This document shows, in pieces, positions 10,032 to 19,613 of a stretch of 41,625 bases of DNA. The DNA is from an uncultured bacterium (GTDB taxonomy: Bacteria > Hydrogenedentota > Hydrogenedentia > Hydrogenedentales > JAEUWI01). The notes beneath the pieces were generated by a model. That model worked only from the letters and a program-made list of their open reading frames with translations. It made no database searches and was not told the DNA's origin. The translations under genes were made by a program, and so were the position numbers. Position 1 is the first letter of the stretch. The number at the start of each line of letters is the position of its first letter. The stretch spans positions 1-41,625 of the forward strand of contig CAXBPH010000023.1 of NCBI GenBank assembly GCA_963977445.1, written 5' to 3'.

Positions 10032-10730
10032 ATGCGAAATTTACGATACCTATTCTTTCCAGCAATCCTGCTGGTCCTTGCCTCTATGGCCGGGGCCGAG
10101 ACCATTTCCGGCAAGGTGGTTTCCATTGCCGATGGCGACACCATTACGGTTCTCCTCGATGAGACCCAGATCAAAGTTCGTTTTCACGGCATTGATTGTC
10201 CCGAAAGCAAACAAGATTTCGGGACGGCCGCCAAGAACTTTACGGCCGAGCAGTGTTTCGAGCAAGTCGTGACCGTGGTTGTTACGGATACGGATCGTTA
10301 CGGCCGTAAGGTGGGACTCGTCATACTCGATGACGGTCGGGTGCTCAACCACGAACTGGTGGCGGCGGGACTGGCCCATTGGTATCGGGACTATGCCCCC
10401 CATGACGACACCCTCAAGACCCTTGAGGCAGAAGCGAAAGCCGCAAAGCGTGGCGTGTGGTCGCGCCCCGATGTCGTGCTCCCCCAGGATTTTCGACAAG
10501 GCAAGGGGAAGAAGGGCACGGCACCCTATAACCCACCGGAAACCCGGGCACCCGTAGATATGACCCATCCGACAGGTGACAGCCAGGAAGTGTCCGGAAC
10601 GGTCTACATCACCAAGAGTGGCACCAAATACCACCGAAAAGGGTGTCGGTTTCTCAAGAACAGCAGCAGCGCCATCGCCTTGGAAAAGGCGAAGTCCGCG
10701 TACCAACCCTGTGGTGTCTGCAATCCCTGA
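10032..10730 (+). CDS. Secreted thermonuclease (SNase-like) with C-terminal Cys/His metal-binding domain
   Basis: Signal peptide; IADGDTI, RFHGIDCPE, DRYGR, AKAAKRGVW; tail VYITKSGTKYHRKGC...PCGVCNP. Confidence 0.92.
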   Translation: MRNLRYLFFPAILLVLASMAGAETISGKVVSIADGDTITVLLDETQIKVRFHGIDCPESKQDFGTAAKNFTAEQCFEQVVTVVVTDTDRYGRKVGLVILDDGRVLNHELVAAGLAHWYRDYAPHDDTLKTLEAEAKAAKRGVWSRPDVVLPQDFRQGKGKKGTAPYNPPETRAPVDMTHPTGDSQEVSGTVYITKSGTKYHRKGCRFLKNSSSAIALEKAKSAYQPCGVCNP

Positions 10731-10818
10731 AATTGGATAGGGCTACCGGTCGTTGGGTAGTCGGTGTTCACTCCATCGACGCTGCTGAGGTGAACTTGAT
10801 TCAGCATTGTGGATGAAC

Positions 10819-10992
10819 CGTAGGTTAGGCGTCCTCGCCTGACCCGTCGCGATGTCATTTTTCCGAGGCAGACCTGATGTCGAAATTGCCTGAAGGGTTC
10901 CACGGGTTGGAGTCGGCGTGGAATTGACGTGACCTTGGCGGTTGACATGTCCCGGCGGGAACTGCGGGTCAGGCGGGGACGCCTAACCTACG
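10819..10992. repeat. GTAG-type REPIN-like element, copy 1 (174 bp)
   Basis: CGTAGGTTAGGCGTCCTCGCCTGACCCG ... CGGGTCAGGCGGGGACGCCTAACCTACG inverted ends; spacer homologous to the copy at 13814-13987. Confidence 0.85.
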
Positions 10993-11018
10993 TTCGTTTC
11001 CTTCAGTATTTACTCGCT

Positions 11019-12131
11019 CTAAATCCGAAAGCGGGAGCTGCCCCGTCGTTTGAACGACATGCCGGGGGTCGTCTCATCGCCACCAGACGCAGCGGCCTTG
11101 GGGGTATCGTCGTCGCTTTCGTCCTTGTCGGGGCCTTCTAATTGTTCCACGGGGTCGACTACGGGGAAGGGGAGCTCCTCCGGGATATGTTCCGGGCCCC
11201 GTTTACGCCGTCGGGTGGGCAGGCGGGTAACATCGAAGGAATCTTTGGGCAGGCTGGCGACGGCCGTCGCGGGAACCAGGCTGTAGCCGATTATATCCCC
11301 CAGGTCGATGAGAAAGGCGAGGATAAGGAAAAAGATTTCCTTCCAGCCGACGGTTTCAAAGTCGAAGAGTCGCTCAAAGACGGCGAAAAGCGGGTTTTCC
11401 AGGGAAACAGGGGCCGGGAGGGTGACCCCGGCCAGGGCCCCCACATTTTTGGCTTCTACCCGAAGGGTATCCTGCAATATGGCAATTTCTTCGATAGTTG
11501 CGGGACGACTCTCCGACAAGAGGGTGTCGGCGGCGGCCTGGGCGGCCAGGGCTTCGTCGATGGCCGCCACGTCTACCGCCACTTCTTTGGCGAGGACCGT
11601 CAGTCGGTGATCTTCCGAGCGGGCCCGGTTACCGTAGCCCGCCGGGGCCTCGCGCAATCCACGGACTTCGGCATCCAACTCTCCTTCTTGCCGCGCCAGA
11701 CCGCGCTCGGCGTCCTGCTTCTGCTCCAGCAATTTGGCGCGCACTTCGCCGAGGTAGTTTCCGTAGCTGGTTTTCACTTTATCCGTGGAGTGGCGCAGGA
11801 AAAAGTCCTGATCGCCGACCCGATAGAGTACGTCCATGTTGAAGGTGATGGAGATGAAGGCCACGATGGTCAGGCCCAGGATACCCATGAAATTGAGTTT
11901 TTTCTGCTGGTCCACAATGGCGAGTTTAAGGGCAAAGAGCATGAGGCCAATGGCTACGGACAGACCCAGAGCGAAAATGGAACAGTTCCACGTGAAGGTG
12001 TCGGATATGGGGATCGCCACCATGGGTTCGGGGAGGATGGAGTCCTTCAAACTGGAATAGGTGGTCCACATGGAGACCAGCGTGAGAATGACCATGGCCA
12101 GAAAAATGGCACCTTTAGATATACCGCCCAT
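11019..12131 (-). CDS. Hypothetical membrane protein (3 N-terminal TM helices, coiled coil, C-terminal TM; DUF4407-like architecture)
   Basis: Hydrophobic segments, helical region around ELDAEVRGLREAPAGYG, fourth TM IFFLILAFLID, acidic tail; start MGGISK chosen for upstream GGGAG. Family call tentative. Confidence 0.7.
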   Translation of the reverse strand: MGGISKGAIFLAMVILTLVSMWTTYSSLKDSILPEPMVAIPISDTFTWNCSIFALGLSVAIGLMLFALKLAIVDQQKKLNFMGILGLTIVAFISITFNMDVLYRVGDQDFFLRHSTDKVKTSYGNYLGEVRAKLLEQKQDAERGLARQEGELDAEVRGLREAPAGYGNRARSEDHRLTVLAKEVAVDVAAIDEALAAQAAADTLLSESRPATIEEIAILQDTLRVEAKNVGALAGVTLPAPVSLENPLFAVFERLFDFETVGWKEIFFLILAFLIDLGDIIGYSLVPATAVASLPKDSFDVTRLPTRRRKRGPEHIPEELPFPVVDPVEQLEGPDKDESDDDTPKAAASGGDETTPGMSFKRRGSSRFRI

Positions 12132-12391
12132 GACATGGGACTCCCATTGATTGCGTGTGGAATGCCTGTAGACCACACTTAGTTCCCCGGTGTCTAATCC
12201 GTCGCGGGAGGAAAAGGTTCCAAGGGGGGGGGCGGTCGTCTTGCGCTACGGTCGCCTCTTCGTTACGATACGCCTTCTCAGCGAGTGACGCAAGAGCAAA
12301 ACCCCAGACGGTTTCGCCCGGTCCATTATGAATGGGCGTCACCATGTTGCTGCCCGAAGCAAGACACGTCAATCAATGAAACGGAACCATC

Positions 12392-13747
12392 ATGGCCGAA
12401 TCGATCCGCAAGAAATTGTCGCTGAAACGCCGAATCCTGAAATGGATGACCCTGCTGCTTCTCTTAATTATGCTGGCGATTACGGCGGTGCTCCTCTATG
12501 CCTTCCGGGGGGCACTCTATAACCACTATGTTCGATTTCCCAAAGAAGCGGCGGCGTGGGAGTCCATCCGAAATACCATGGTGCCGGTCACCCTTGACGA
12601 CGGATGGGGCGCCTATCGGGGGAACTGCCATAGCCACTCCTATATTTCGCACGACAGCCAGGTACCCTTTGACGCTATCCTGGCGGCGCTGAAAATTGCC
12701 GAGCGGGACTTCATTTTCATGACCGACCACACGGTGGATGATATTGCAGACTACTCGATTCAATGGAAGGGCCTGAAAGATGGCATTCTCTTTGTGCGTG
12801 GCTACGAAATGAACTACGGTTTCATGCCGTGGGGGCTCCCGGACGACACAAAGCTGAAGAAAAGCGAGGAGCCCGATGTGCTGGCCCGCCAGATTGGGGA
12901 AAAGGGCGGATTGCTTTTCTTTGCCCATTCGGAAGAGGAGCGACGGTGGGATCTGCCGGAATTAAACGGCATGGAAATCTATAATCTGCACACGGATACA
13001 AAAGATGAAGGGGGTAATTTTTACCTCACCCTCCTCGGCGATATCATCCTCAACTTGGAGCAATATCCCGATCACGTAGTTCGGCTACTTTTTGACCGCC
13101 AGACCGATATCCTCGCCCATTGGGACGAGCTCAACAAGACGCGAAAGATCGTCGGTATCCAAGGGACGGACGCCCACCAGAACAACGGTTTCATCGCCAC
13201 CTATACCCCCGAAGGGACCCTCCGAATTGACGACACAAGTCCCGATACGGTGGCGGAATGGAAGCTCAATTTTGTTACCCGAAATCTGCTCAAGCTTTTC
13301 TTTGGATCTTTCGAGGCGGGCGACGACGTATTTAAATTCCAACTCGACCCCTACGAACGGATGGTGCGCTATTCGGCCACCCATATCCTGGCCAATGAAC
13401 TGACCGAGGAGGCCTTGATTGATGGCTTGCGCCAGGGGCGGGTATTTGTGGGATTCGACATGATTGCCGATGCCCGGGGCTTTGTTTTCTTCGCGGAAGA
13501 CGGCGACCAGAAGGCGGTCATGGGGGAGACCATGGTGTTGAGCGACACGGTGCGTCTGCGGGCCGCCGCACCCCACATGGGACGCTTTACCGTAGTCCAC
13601 GACGGCCAGGTCATCCACCAGGTTACCGGCACCGAGCTGGACTGGCATCCCTCTGAACCCGGCAATTACCGGGTGGAAGTGGAGCTACGCATCGTGGACG
13701 AATGGGTGCCGTGGATCTACAGCAACCCGCTGACCCTCCAACGCTAA
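12392..13747 (+). CDS. Membrane-anchored PHP-superfamily metallohydrolase (CehA/McbA-like)
   Basis: N-terminal TM; GNCHSHSYISHDS, MTDH, FAHS, MEIYN, GTDAH, C-terminal WIYSNP. Confidence 0.82.
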   Translation: MAESIRKKLSLKRRILKWMTLLLLLIMLAITAVLLYAFRGALYNHYVRFPKEAAAWESIRNTMVPVTLDDGWGAYRGNCHSHSYISHDSQVPFDAILAALKIAERDFIFMTDHTVDDIADYSIQWKGLKDGILFVRGYEMNYGFMPWGLPDDTKLKKSEEPDVLARQIGEKGGLLFFAHSEEERRWDLPELNGMEIYNLHTDTKDEGGNFYLTLLGDIILNLEQYPDHVVRLLFDRQTDILAHWDELNKTRKIVGIQGTDAHQNNGFIATYTPEGTLRIDDTSPDTVAEWKLNFVTRNLLKLFFGSFEAGDDVFKFQLDPYERMVRYSATHILANELTEEALIDGLRQGRVFVGFDMIADARGFVFFAEDGDQKAVMGETMVLSDTVRLRAAAPHMGRFTVVHDGQVIHQVTGTELDWHPSEPGNYRVEVELRIVDEWVPWIYSNPLTLQR

Positions 13748-13813
13748 GTTTGTTTGATTACTTCGAGCGATAGACCCGTTTCATTTGCGCTGCGGTTCAG
13801 CATGGCGGGCTAT

Positions 13814-13987
13814 CGTAGGTTGGGCGTCCCGCCTGACCCGTCACGGTGCGGTCTTTCCAGCGGTGAAGCTGAAGTTGAACTTGGTCGATGGGTTGCACGG
13901 GTTAGACTCGATATCGAGTTAAGATGACCTTGGCGATTGACAAGTCTCAGCGCGAACGGTGGGTCAGGCGGGGACGCCTAACCTACG
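13814..13987. repeat. GTAG-type REPIN-like element, copy 2 (174 bp)
   Basis: CGTAGGTTGGGCGTCCCGCCTGACCCG ... GGGTCAGGCGGGGACGCCTAACCTACG; same length and orientation as copy 1; shared spacer blocks CACGGGTT and TGACCTTGGCG.TTGACA.GTC. Confidence 0.85.
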
Positions 13988-14185
13988 TTAGTCTACTTCG
14001 CGGGCGCTCTTTCGGGGGCGAGAAATTCCGCTGACGGACCGAAACTGACACGATCCGCTTCTGAATCGTTCTACGAATAGTGCGCGCGATACTTGGGGTT
14101 TCTTCTTGACTTCCCTCGCGCTGGAACGGATCATGATGCTGTGATGAGTCCTACCCACATTTCAACGGGCCACCGAGTCACTGGA

Positions 14186-16717
14186 ATGGTATTCCGGGGT
14201 GTTTGGCTGCTTGCCGTCGGATGGGCACTCTGCTGTCTGGTCGGGCATGCTGCGGTTCCGGAAGATCCCGATGGGGTCTACGCCGAGGCCTACTTGCGGG
14301 GCGACTACGCCGAGGCCCTGGCCACCCTGGAAAGTTCAGGGGGGACTACTATCCGCGAATTACCCCTGAACTGGGCGTTTGACCGGGCCGAATTGCTCTT
14401 CATTCTTGGTCGTGGCGATGAGGCCCTTGTGGCCATGCGCGATGTGGTTCAGTCCGTGCAGGAACCCTACTACACGGTGCGTCTCGCGGAAATGCTCCGG
14501 GAGCTGGGCCGCAGTTCCGATGCGGAGCAGGCCCTTCAGTGGGCCTTCCAACAGAATCAGGCCTACTATCAACGGCAGCAGTTTCCCGAACGGAATCTTC
14601 TCGCCCTGGGCCGCCTCGCCCGTCTGAAAGGGGAAAACCCCAACCGCGTTCTTCAAATCTATCAGCAGCGGGTGCTTTCACGCTATCCGGAATATGTCCC
14701 GGGCTTCATCGAAGCGGGTGAACTGGCCCTCGATAGTTACGCCTATGATATTGCCGAAGATTACTTTGAAGCGGCTTTGTCCCTGGAGCCGGACAACCAG
14801 GATGGCCTGGCCGGACTCGCCGAGACCTATTGGAAAGCGGGTGACCTGCGTTTTGACGTGGTTGGTGCACACCTGGAGTCGCTCAATCCGCACCATCCGC
14901 GCCTGCAATGCATGATTATCGCCCGCAGGCTGGAAGCGGGGGAGACGGAGGCCGCCGAAGTGGTGTTGGCCGACCTCCTGGGGACCAACCCCAACCACCG
15001 ACTGGGATTGGCCTACCGCGCGGCGGCCGCCTTTCTGGTTGACGACGAGGTGACCCAATCGGCGGCACTCGTGCAACTGGCTACCCTCGACCCCACCCGG
15101 GGCGACGGGTACCGGATCGTGGGTGAAGTCGCTGCCCGCCACTATCGTTTTTCCGAAGCCGTCGACCTGTTACGGAAGGGGCTGGCCCTGGAGCCGAAGA
15201 ACGGGGAAATCCAGTCGGCCCTGGGCCTCAATCTTTTGCGCCTGGGCCTGGACGACGAAGGACGGAGCATCCTGGAGACCGCCTTTGACCAGGACCGATT
15301 CAACGTTGAGCTGTACAACATGCTTGAAGTGCTCGACACGGTAGGGGCCTTTGCGACGGTAGCGACCCCGGCCTTTGAGATTCGCTTGCCCGACGAAGAG
15401 GCCGCAGCGATGGGAGGCGCGATTCGTTCACTCCTTGATGAAGCCCTGACCCGCTACGAAGCTGCCTATGCCGTCAAGATTCAAACCCCGGTCCACGTAC
15501 AGATATTTGACGACCACGATGAGTTCATGGTCCGTTCCGTGGGCCTGCCGGGTAATCCGGGCCACCTGGGCATCTGTTTTGGTGGACTGGTGACGCTGGA
15601 TTCACCCCGTGCGCGGCCGCCCCGGTCCATGAACTGGCAGGCCGTGCTCTGGCACGAGTTTGTGCACGTGATTACCCTGCAGAAGACCAACAATCGGATT
15701 CCCCGGTGGCTCTCGGAGGGTATCTCGGTGTATGAAGAAGGACAACGGGATCCCGCCTGGGGCCAGCCGCTCCAACCCGAGTTTAAACCCTTGCTCGACG
15801 TAAACGCCTGGCCCGGTGTTCGCGACCTGGAACCCTACTTTATCCGACCCGAAAGTTCCGACCACCTCATGTTGGGCTATTTCCTCGCGGGTGAATTTGT
15901 TTCTGCCTACGTGGCCGATTTTGGTCCGGATGCGCTCAATGCCGCGCTGGAGCAACTGGGCACGGGGGCGGAAGTGACCTCGGCCCTGACGACGGCGTCG
16001 GGTGAAGATTTGGAATCCCTTGACCGGCGTTTTGGACGTCATCTGGCCCGCGTATGCAAACCCTTAACCTATCTTCATCGACGGGAACTACCGAAAGTAT
16101 TCATTCCAAAGATTGTGACGCCCTCCTTCCCCCTGGTGCTGGAGAAGGCCCTGGCGGCCGACGCATCGGGCGATGAAGAACACGCCATTGCCCTCTTTGA
16201 GGAAGCGGCCCAACTCTATCCCGATTATCCGGGCGAGGACAATCCCCTTCGCCAGCTGGTGAAGATTCATCGCGCCTCCGGTGACTACGAGGCCTGGACC
16301 CAGGCGGTGGCCCGACTGTGCGGCATGGACTCCACTGCCTACGACGAGCCCCAGGCCCTTATGACGGCGGCGGCGGCGCGAAGCGACTGGGCGTCGGTGT
16401 TGACCTATGGCGACTGGTGTCTCGCGATTGATCCCTTCGACGTGCGTCTTTATGAGTCGAAGCGACAGGCACAGGAAGGCCTGGGCCAGCGTGAAGCCCT
16501 GTTGGAAACCCTCACCCTGCTTGCGGCTCTCGACCAGGTCAAGGCAGAGGAATATCAACTGGAACGGGCGCGGATTCTGATGGCGCTGGATCGACGTGAA
16601 GAAGCGCGGATGGTCGTGTTGTCGGTGCTGGAACGGTTTCCCGAATACCGTGCCGCCCAGGAAGTGCTGCTGGCACTCCATGAACCCGTTGCCACGGAGG
16701 TGCCCCATGATTCCTAA
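14186..16717 (+). CDS. Exported TPR-repeat protein with gluzincin (peptidase MA-like) domain
   Basis: Signal-like N-terminus (start 14186 or 14144); TPR-like helices (EAALSLEPDNQD, ALEPKNGE); WHEFVH...PRWLSEG (HExxH plus downstream E). Confidence 0.85.
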   Translation: MVFRGVWLLAVGWALCCLVGHAAVPEDPDGVYAEAYLRGDYAEALATLESSGGTTIRELPLNWAFDRAELLFILGRGDEALVAMRDVVQSVQEPYYTVRLAEMLRELGRSSDAEQALQWAFQQNQAYYQRQQFPERNLLALGRLARLKGENPNRVLQIYQQRVLSRYPEYVPGFIEAGELALDSYAYDIAEDYFEAALSLEPDNQDGLAGLAETYWKAGDLRFDVVGAHLESLNPHHPRLQCMIIARRLEAGETEAAEVVLADLLGTNPNHRLGLAYRAAAAFLVDDEVTQSAALVQLATLDPTRGDGYRIVGEVAARHYRFSEAVDLLRKGLALEPKNGEIQSALGLNLLRLGLDDEGRSILETAFDQDRFNVELYNMLEVLDTVGAFATVATPAFEIRLPDEEAAAMGGAIRSLLDEALTRYEAAYAVKIQTPVHVQIFDDHDEFMVRSVGLPGNPGHLGICFGGLVTLDSPRARPPRSMNWQAVLWHEFVHVITLQKTNNRIPRWLSEGISVYEEGQRDPAWGQPLQPEFKPLLDVNAWPGVRDLEPYFIRPESSDHLMLGYFLAGEFVSAYVADFGPDALNAALEQLGTGAEVTSALTTASGEDLESLDRRFGRHLARVCKPLTYLHRRELPKVFIPKIVTPSFPLVLEKALAADASGDEEHAIALFEEAAQLYPDYPGEDNPLRQLVKIHRASGDYEAWTQAVARLCGMDSTAYDEPQALMTAAAARSDWASVLTYGDWCLAIDPFDVRLYESKRQAQEGLGQREALLETLTLLAALDQVKAEEYQLERARILMALDRREEARMVVLSVLERFPEYRAAQEVLLALHEPVATEVPHDS

Positions 16718-17531
16718 GACACGATTTTTTTCAGCACTCTTGGTGATGGCCCTCCTGCTTTCAGGACAGGGTCCTCCGTTTTTTCCAGGCCGGCCTGGCG
16801 GCGATGTGGAGGTCGGTCCCTTTCCCACCAACTGCTTTACCTTCTGTCGCATTCAATACGACAGCTACTCCAGCAGTCGTCGGGGCTGGGGTAAGTGGAA
16901 GACGGACTATCCCGAGTCGGACTACAATTTTTCCCTGCGCCTTTCTCAATTGACGAGTATAGAGGTGAACAAGCATCCCGATGGCCGCTTTCGCCATGAC
17001 ATCGTGCGGCTGGACGACCCCGCGCTACGGCACTATCCCTTCATTTATATGATAGAGGTGGGGGCCATTATGCTGTCGCCCGCCGAAGTTACGGGACTGC
17101 GGGAGTACCTGCTCCGTGGGGGATTCCTCATGGTGGACGATTTCTGGGGACAGGAAGAGTTCGATAACTGGAATTACGAATTTGATCGGGTATTACCGCC
17201 CGATGAGTATCCCCGATTTGAGATTCCACTGGACCATCCCATCTACCACATTATTTTTGATTTGGACGAGGTGCCCCAGGTGCCTGCGCTGGATAATTTC
17301 CTCAATAGCGGGCTCACCTATGAGCGCCCCTGGGAGCCGGGAACAGACACTCCCCATATCTGGGGCGTTAATGATAAAGAGGGGCGTCTCATTGCCGTCG
17401 TTTGCCACAACACCGACTTGGGCGACGGTTGGGAGCGCGAGGGCCAGAGCCCCGAATATTTCCAAAAGTTCTCTGTAAAGAAGGCCTATCCCATGGGGAT
17501 AAACATTGTGGTGTATGCCATGACCCATTAG
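16707..17531 (+). CDS. DUF4159 domain protein, exported
   Basis: FTFCRIQY, WKTDYPESD, YPFIYM, LREYLLRGGFLMVDDFWG, HNTDLGDGWERE, MGINIVVYAMTH; ATG 16707 overlaps upstream gene, GGAGG RBS. Confidence 0.88.
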   Translation: MIPKTRFFSALLVMALLLSGQGPPFFPGRPGGDVEVGPFPTNCFTFCRIQYDSYSSSRRGWGKWKTDYPESDYNFSLRLSQLTSIEVNKHPDGRFRHDIVRLDDPALRHYPFIYMIEVGAIMLSPAEVTGLREYLLRGGFLMVDDFWGQEEFDNWNYEFDRVLPPDEYPRFEIPLDHPIYHIIFDLDEVPQVPALDNFLNSGLTYERPWEPGTDTPHIWGVNDKEGRLIAVVCHNTDLGDGWEREGQSPEYFQKFSVKKAYPMGINIVVYAMTH

Positions 17532-17597
17532 ACGGGCGTCTGTGAATGAACTAACGTGCGCGCGAATTTGCCGAATCTCGACAACAAAGGAATCGTA

Positions 17598-18632
17598 ATG
17601 GAGTTACCCGTAGAAGAGGCGGACAAATCCTTTGAAGAGCAAACCCTGGCAACGCTCCGAGCGGGCATGCCGCGTATGTTGTCGGAACTGCGCAAGGTCA
17701 TCGTCGGGCAGGATGACGTGGTGGCCTCCTTGTCGCGGGTGCTCCTGTCGGGTTCTCATGGACTCATCACCGGGCCGCCCGGATTGGCGAAGACCCTGTT
17801 GATTCGCAGTGTTGCCCAGATTCTGCACCTCGAATTTCGGCGTATTCAGTTTACTCCCGACCTCATGCCCAGCGACATTACGGGCACGGAACTCATCGAA
17901 GAAGATCGCCAGACCGGCCATCGGGAGTTACGTTTTATTCCGGGGCCCGTGTTTACTAACGTCCTCCTGGCCGACGAGATTAACCGGACGCCTCCCAAGA
18001 CGCAGGCGGCCCTGCTGGAGGCCATGGAGGAGAAGCAGGTCACGGTGGCGGGGCAAACCCGTGCGCTGAACAAGCCCTTTTTCGTGCTTGCCACCCAAAA
18101 TCCCATTGAACTGGAAGGGACCTATCCGCTGCCCGAGGCCCAGCTTGACCGCTTCATGTGCAGCATCCAAATTGACTATCTGGCGGAAGACGACGAGCTT
18201 GCCGTGGTCATGCGGACGACCGCCGATGGGGGTGACCTGCCCGAGCCTGTCTTTACAGGACAGGACATGCTCGACTTTGCCCGTCTGGTGCGGATGGTTC
18301 CCGTGGCCGACCCCATTGCCCGTTACGCCGTGAAACTGGTGCAGGCGAGTCGCCCGGGCGCGGCCGATGCGCCCGACTATGTGAAAAACTGGGTTGGCTG
18401 GGGGGCGGGTACCCGAGGCAGCCAATACCTCGTGTTGGCCGCCAAGGCGCGGGCCCTCCTGGAAGGGCGCTTCCATGTCGCCACGGAGGATATTCAGGCG
18501 GTGGCTCCCGAAGTGCTGCGCCATCGTATCCTGACCAACTTCCGCGCCGAAGCCGATCAGGTGAAGGTAGACGATATCATCGCCAAGCTCCTGACCCATG
18601 TGGCCAAACCCACGATGGGGTCGGCAGGATGA
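17598..18632 (+). CDS. moxR: MoxR family AAA+ ATPase
   Basis: GPPGLAKT, RIQFTPDLMPSDITG, LADEINR, ATQNPIELEGTYPLPEAQLDRF, VLRHRI. Confidence 0.95.
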   Translation: MELPVEEADKSFEEQTLATLRAGMPRMLSELRKVIVGQDDVVASLSRVLLSGSHGLITGPPGLAKTLLIRSVAQILHLEFRRIQFTPDLMPSDITGTELIEEDRQTGHRELRFIPGPVFTNVLLADEINRTPPKTQAALLEAMEEKQVTVAGQTRALNKPFFVLATQNPIELEGTYPLPEAQLDRFMCSIQIDYLAEDDELAVVMRTTADGGDLPEPVFTGQDMLDFARLVRMVPVADPIARYAVKLVQASRPGAADAPDYVKNWVGWGAGTRGSQYLVLAAKARALLEGRFHVATEDIQAVAPEVLRHRILTNFRAEADQVKVDDIIAKLLTHVAKPTMGSAG

Positions 18633-18680
18633 GTAGGCGCGTATGCACCCCGACGCGTAACGCAATCAACTGAGGCATCC

Positions 18681-19613
18681 ATGGCCCCCCGCGTAGAACA
18701 TAACATCGCCCCCGAGGATCTCGCCAAGGTTACCGATCTGTCCTTGCTGGCCCAGGTGCTGGTGGCGGGGCAGCGTCTCGGACTGCACCGTAGTCCCCAC
18801 GCCGGTTCCTCGGTGGAGTTTTCTCAATATCGGCCCTATGCCCAGGGCGATGATCCCCGGTTTGTGGACTGGAAACGCTATGGCCGGACCGACCGGCTCC
18901 ACATCAAAGAATTTCATGAAGAATGCAACATGCATTGCACCGTGCTCCTGGATTGCAGCGCTTCCATGGGCTATGGGACGACCGCCCTGAGCAAATTTCG
19001 CTACGCCCGGATTCTGGCGGCCTCCATCGCCTGGCTGTTGTCCCAGCAGCACGATGAAGTCGCCCTGGTGGCCTATCATCACGAAATCTGCTGCCACCTA
19101 CCCCACCAGCGCCGTGCCCATCAGATTCGCCGTATTTTGACGGCCCTGGAAGGCCTGAAACCTCTCGGCAGCACCGAGACCGGGCCCGCCTTGCGTTGGG
19201 TCGGAGACGTTATGCCCGCACGGGGTATGGTGGTGCTGATTAGTGATCTGCTCCAACCCCTGCCCGAGCTGGCGGCCCAATTGCGTGCCCTTCGTGCCCG
19301 ACGCCATGATGTGCTGGTGTTTCAGTTGGCCGATGAAGCCGAGTTGACCCTGCCCTTTGACGATGCGGTGACCCTCATCGATGCGGAAGGTGGCGGGGAG
19401 CGTCTCGTGGATGTGGAGACGGTGCGCGACGCCTATCTGGCCAATCGAGCGGCCCACTTCGATGAACTCCGGTCGCTATGCCTGGCCTATGAAATCGACT
19501 ATATGGCCCTTTCTACCGACGAACCACTGGATGGGGCCTTGCGCCATTTTCTCTATCGGCGCAGCAATGCCCTGCGAACCCAGAGCCGCCAGCGTGCAAC
19601 GGGAGGGGCGTGA
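18681..19613 (+). CDS. DUF58 domain (vWA-like) protein
   Basis: GLHRSPHAGSSVEFSQYRPYAQGDDPRFVDWK, LLDCSASM, LISDL. Confidence 0.93.
   Translation: MAPRVEHNIAPEDLAKVTDLSLLAQVLVAGQRLGLHRSPHAGSSVEFSQYRPYAQGDDPRFVDWKRYGRTDRLHIKEFHEECNMHCTVLLDCSASMGYGTTALSKFRYARILAASIAWLLSQQHDEVALVAYHHEICCHLPHQRRAHQIRRILTALEGLKPLGSTETGPALRWVGDVMPARGMVVLISDLLQPLPELAAQLRALRARRHDVLVFQLADEAELTLPFDDAVTLIDAEGGGERLVDVETVRDAYLANRAAHFDELRSLCLAYEIDYMALSTDEPLDGALRHFLYRRSNALRTQSRQRATGGA

Noticed and set aside
11142..12182. 346-aa plus-strand ORF
   Set aside because: Antisense to the membrane protein, which has the coherent TM and coiled-coil pattern.
14106..14137. TTGACT...CATGAT as operon promoter
   Set aside because: Spacer is 20 nt; not supportable.
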